64,000 bases of DNA from a virus (Duplodnaviria > Heunggongvirae > Uroviricota > Caudoviricetes): IMG/VR virus record IMGVR_UViG_3300033067_000531. One strand, given 5' to 3'. The translations under genes were made by a program, and so were the position numbers. The notes beneath the pieces are model-generated. The model was given only the letters and a program-made list of their open reading frames with translations. It did no database searches and was not told the origin of the DNA. How positions within the stretch are numbered: the first letter of the stretch is position 1; every line of letters starts with the position of its first letter. This document shows positions 63,701 to 64,000 of the stretch, in pieces.

Positions 63701-64000
63701 ACGCATAATAGTTGTTATGGCCATCTGTGTTCACAGAATAACCCAATGCTGTTGTGTTTGCCAAGTTACCCAAACTGTTGACCATTGCCAATGATTTCAA
63801 TGGGAAGTTCTTAACAGTTTGTGTTGCAGTCATAACTTTGTCTCTGCGGTTGATAGTTGCCGCATAGTCGATGTTATATGTGTCTGCTGTTGAGTAAGAA
63901 CTGAAGTCGTCAACCAAGATACCGTTTTTGAATCTATTCAAACCGTATGTGTCGGAGATTTGCAATGAAGATGCTTTTTGTTCCAACAAACTCAATGAAG
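60735..64000 (-). CDS. Large baseplate/virion structural protein (DUF4815/VrlC-like), 5'-truncated by window edge
   Basis: NRFKNGILVDDF, VN.NPF, WDP.AQTF, TLNGYP, ARYVTKKV.L, D.RAIAL motifs; frame is open to the end of the window. Confidence 0.8.
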   Translation of the reverse strand, partial: SLSLLEQKASSLQISDTYGLNRFKNGILVDDFSSYSTADTYNIDYAATINRRDKVMTATQTVKNFPLKSLAMVNSLGNLANTTALGYSVNTDGHNNYYALPYTTANVASQKFASRTVNVNPFALSSKEGNLSISPNVDNWVDTEYAPSLLIVDPNLQVFQSGNTVNVLSTGDWKTVTGTTTTTKVNHTSADWGYGRGIGEKSVATTYTGGSSTVYGTYNNIGNTYALNNGYVTDISILPYIRPQQIVVRGEGLLFNTVVNTYFDGENVDNYFRKGNILELSGVTGSFQEGDVIGYYSGNVFYPTGRVIGVFQKTATTVRLYVAADASSTTYTTNNTIQNAKFNSAGTYTSNTAYGTLVSTAHQGGQLRFANTSTNLRLSSLAPSIDGYFTGNTINIISGTGVGQSAEITAYYGANQTAILATSVTAAVNDGYSIGTIKSNETGSVYGVFNLPANSFHTGQRVFRIDNSGGNSGSETTYCESSFYAEGLQVTQQGLDFGASPAGAKNTMRVTKTFNTVEYANNAWDPVAQTFIVSKENYPNGFFLDSASFFFRTKPTSDNSPITLSIVNTLNGYPTGETIGHSIVTMSPDKVKTSETPQYLDANAKTSFKFNAPIYIQPGVLYAFILKSNSKEYTLWTASNGDTALKSSTKNLPTDPTPEQSTKIGSAPYVGGLFISQNSQTWSVDQNQSLMFVLDRCVFNTAANPAISYTVPRKLPQRTLFNQSLLYKQEANNISTSADLVTNSDVLVDAFNITTTDFIPTTTNISYRYTATLEGGSSARTVNINPGKFGTPTQDDIYLDDGKGKRVLLANSDTSLLLTATLSSNDNAVSPIISDAGLSTFAVKWNVNNCELSNNLITVVSGGTGYSNNQSSNVSVSISAPTGRNGVQAFATANVVNGVVDAIYITEPGSGYITTPTVTITDANTTPGTGATVLIAGETSKSGGNALARYVTKKVVLTQGLDSGDLNVYLTAYRPTNTDINVYYKILSRNDTQTFEDGQWQLMTATNNSGTKYSTNRNDFIEFTFAPGVDGVEQGYVSYASGVSGVVYNTFNQFAIKVVLTTPDSTSVPVVYDLRAIALPPNVNTAF

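Overview
64-kb segment of a large T4-like myophage genome (environmental T4-like lineage). A proteobacterial host is inferred from sigma70-type promoters, an IbpA-like Hsp20, a Tat signal peptide and an OxyR-like box. Nearly everything is on the minus strand. From low to high coordinates: (i) a tRNA cluster (10 tRNAs at 89-1749 plus tRNA-Ile2 at 4182-4256, all with encoded CCA) interleaved with several tRNA-like or long-stem ncRNA candidates; (ii) accessory genes (HEXXH metallopeptidase, dCMP deaminase, rubredoxin, rubrerythrin, plus-strand HNH endonuclease, GNAT, Hsp20); (iii) the replication/recombination module (regA, gp62, gp44, dsbA, gp45, gp1, gp46, gp47, gp55, uvsW, uvsY) with inserted glycosyltransferase-like, wHTH, DUF4338-like, peptide deformylase, methyltransferase and cytidylyltransferase genes; (iv) the head/tail module gp3, gp23, 22, 21, 20, 19, 18, 17, 16, 15, 14, 13; (v) about 30 kb of fibre/adhesin genes, ending in a large baseplate-type protein truncated by the window edge. 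The most striking unexplained structure is in region (v). It holds four tandem cassettes of [Ala/Asn heptad stalk ending in a short hydrophobic C-terminal tag] + [110-120 aa paralogous small protein] + [lectin or Gly-rich head], suggesting a daisy-chained modular fibre system. Also notable are a UAU-anticodon tRNA with a long variable arm, two ncRNAs whose closing stems pair with the CCA end of the upstream tRNA, and an OxyR-like box abutting the promoter of a rubrerythrin-rubredoxin operon. All calls come from motif recognition by eye; no database searches or folding programs were run.
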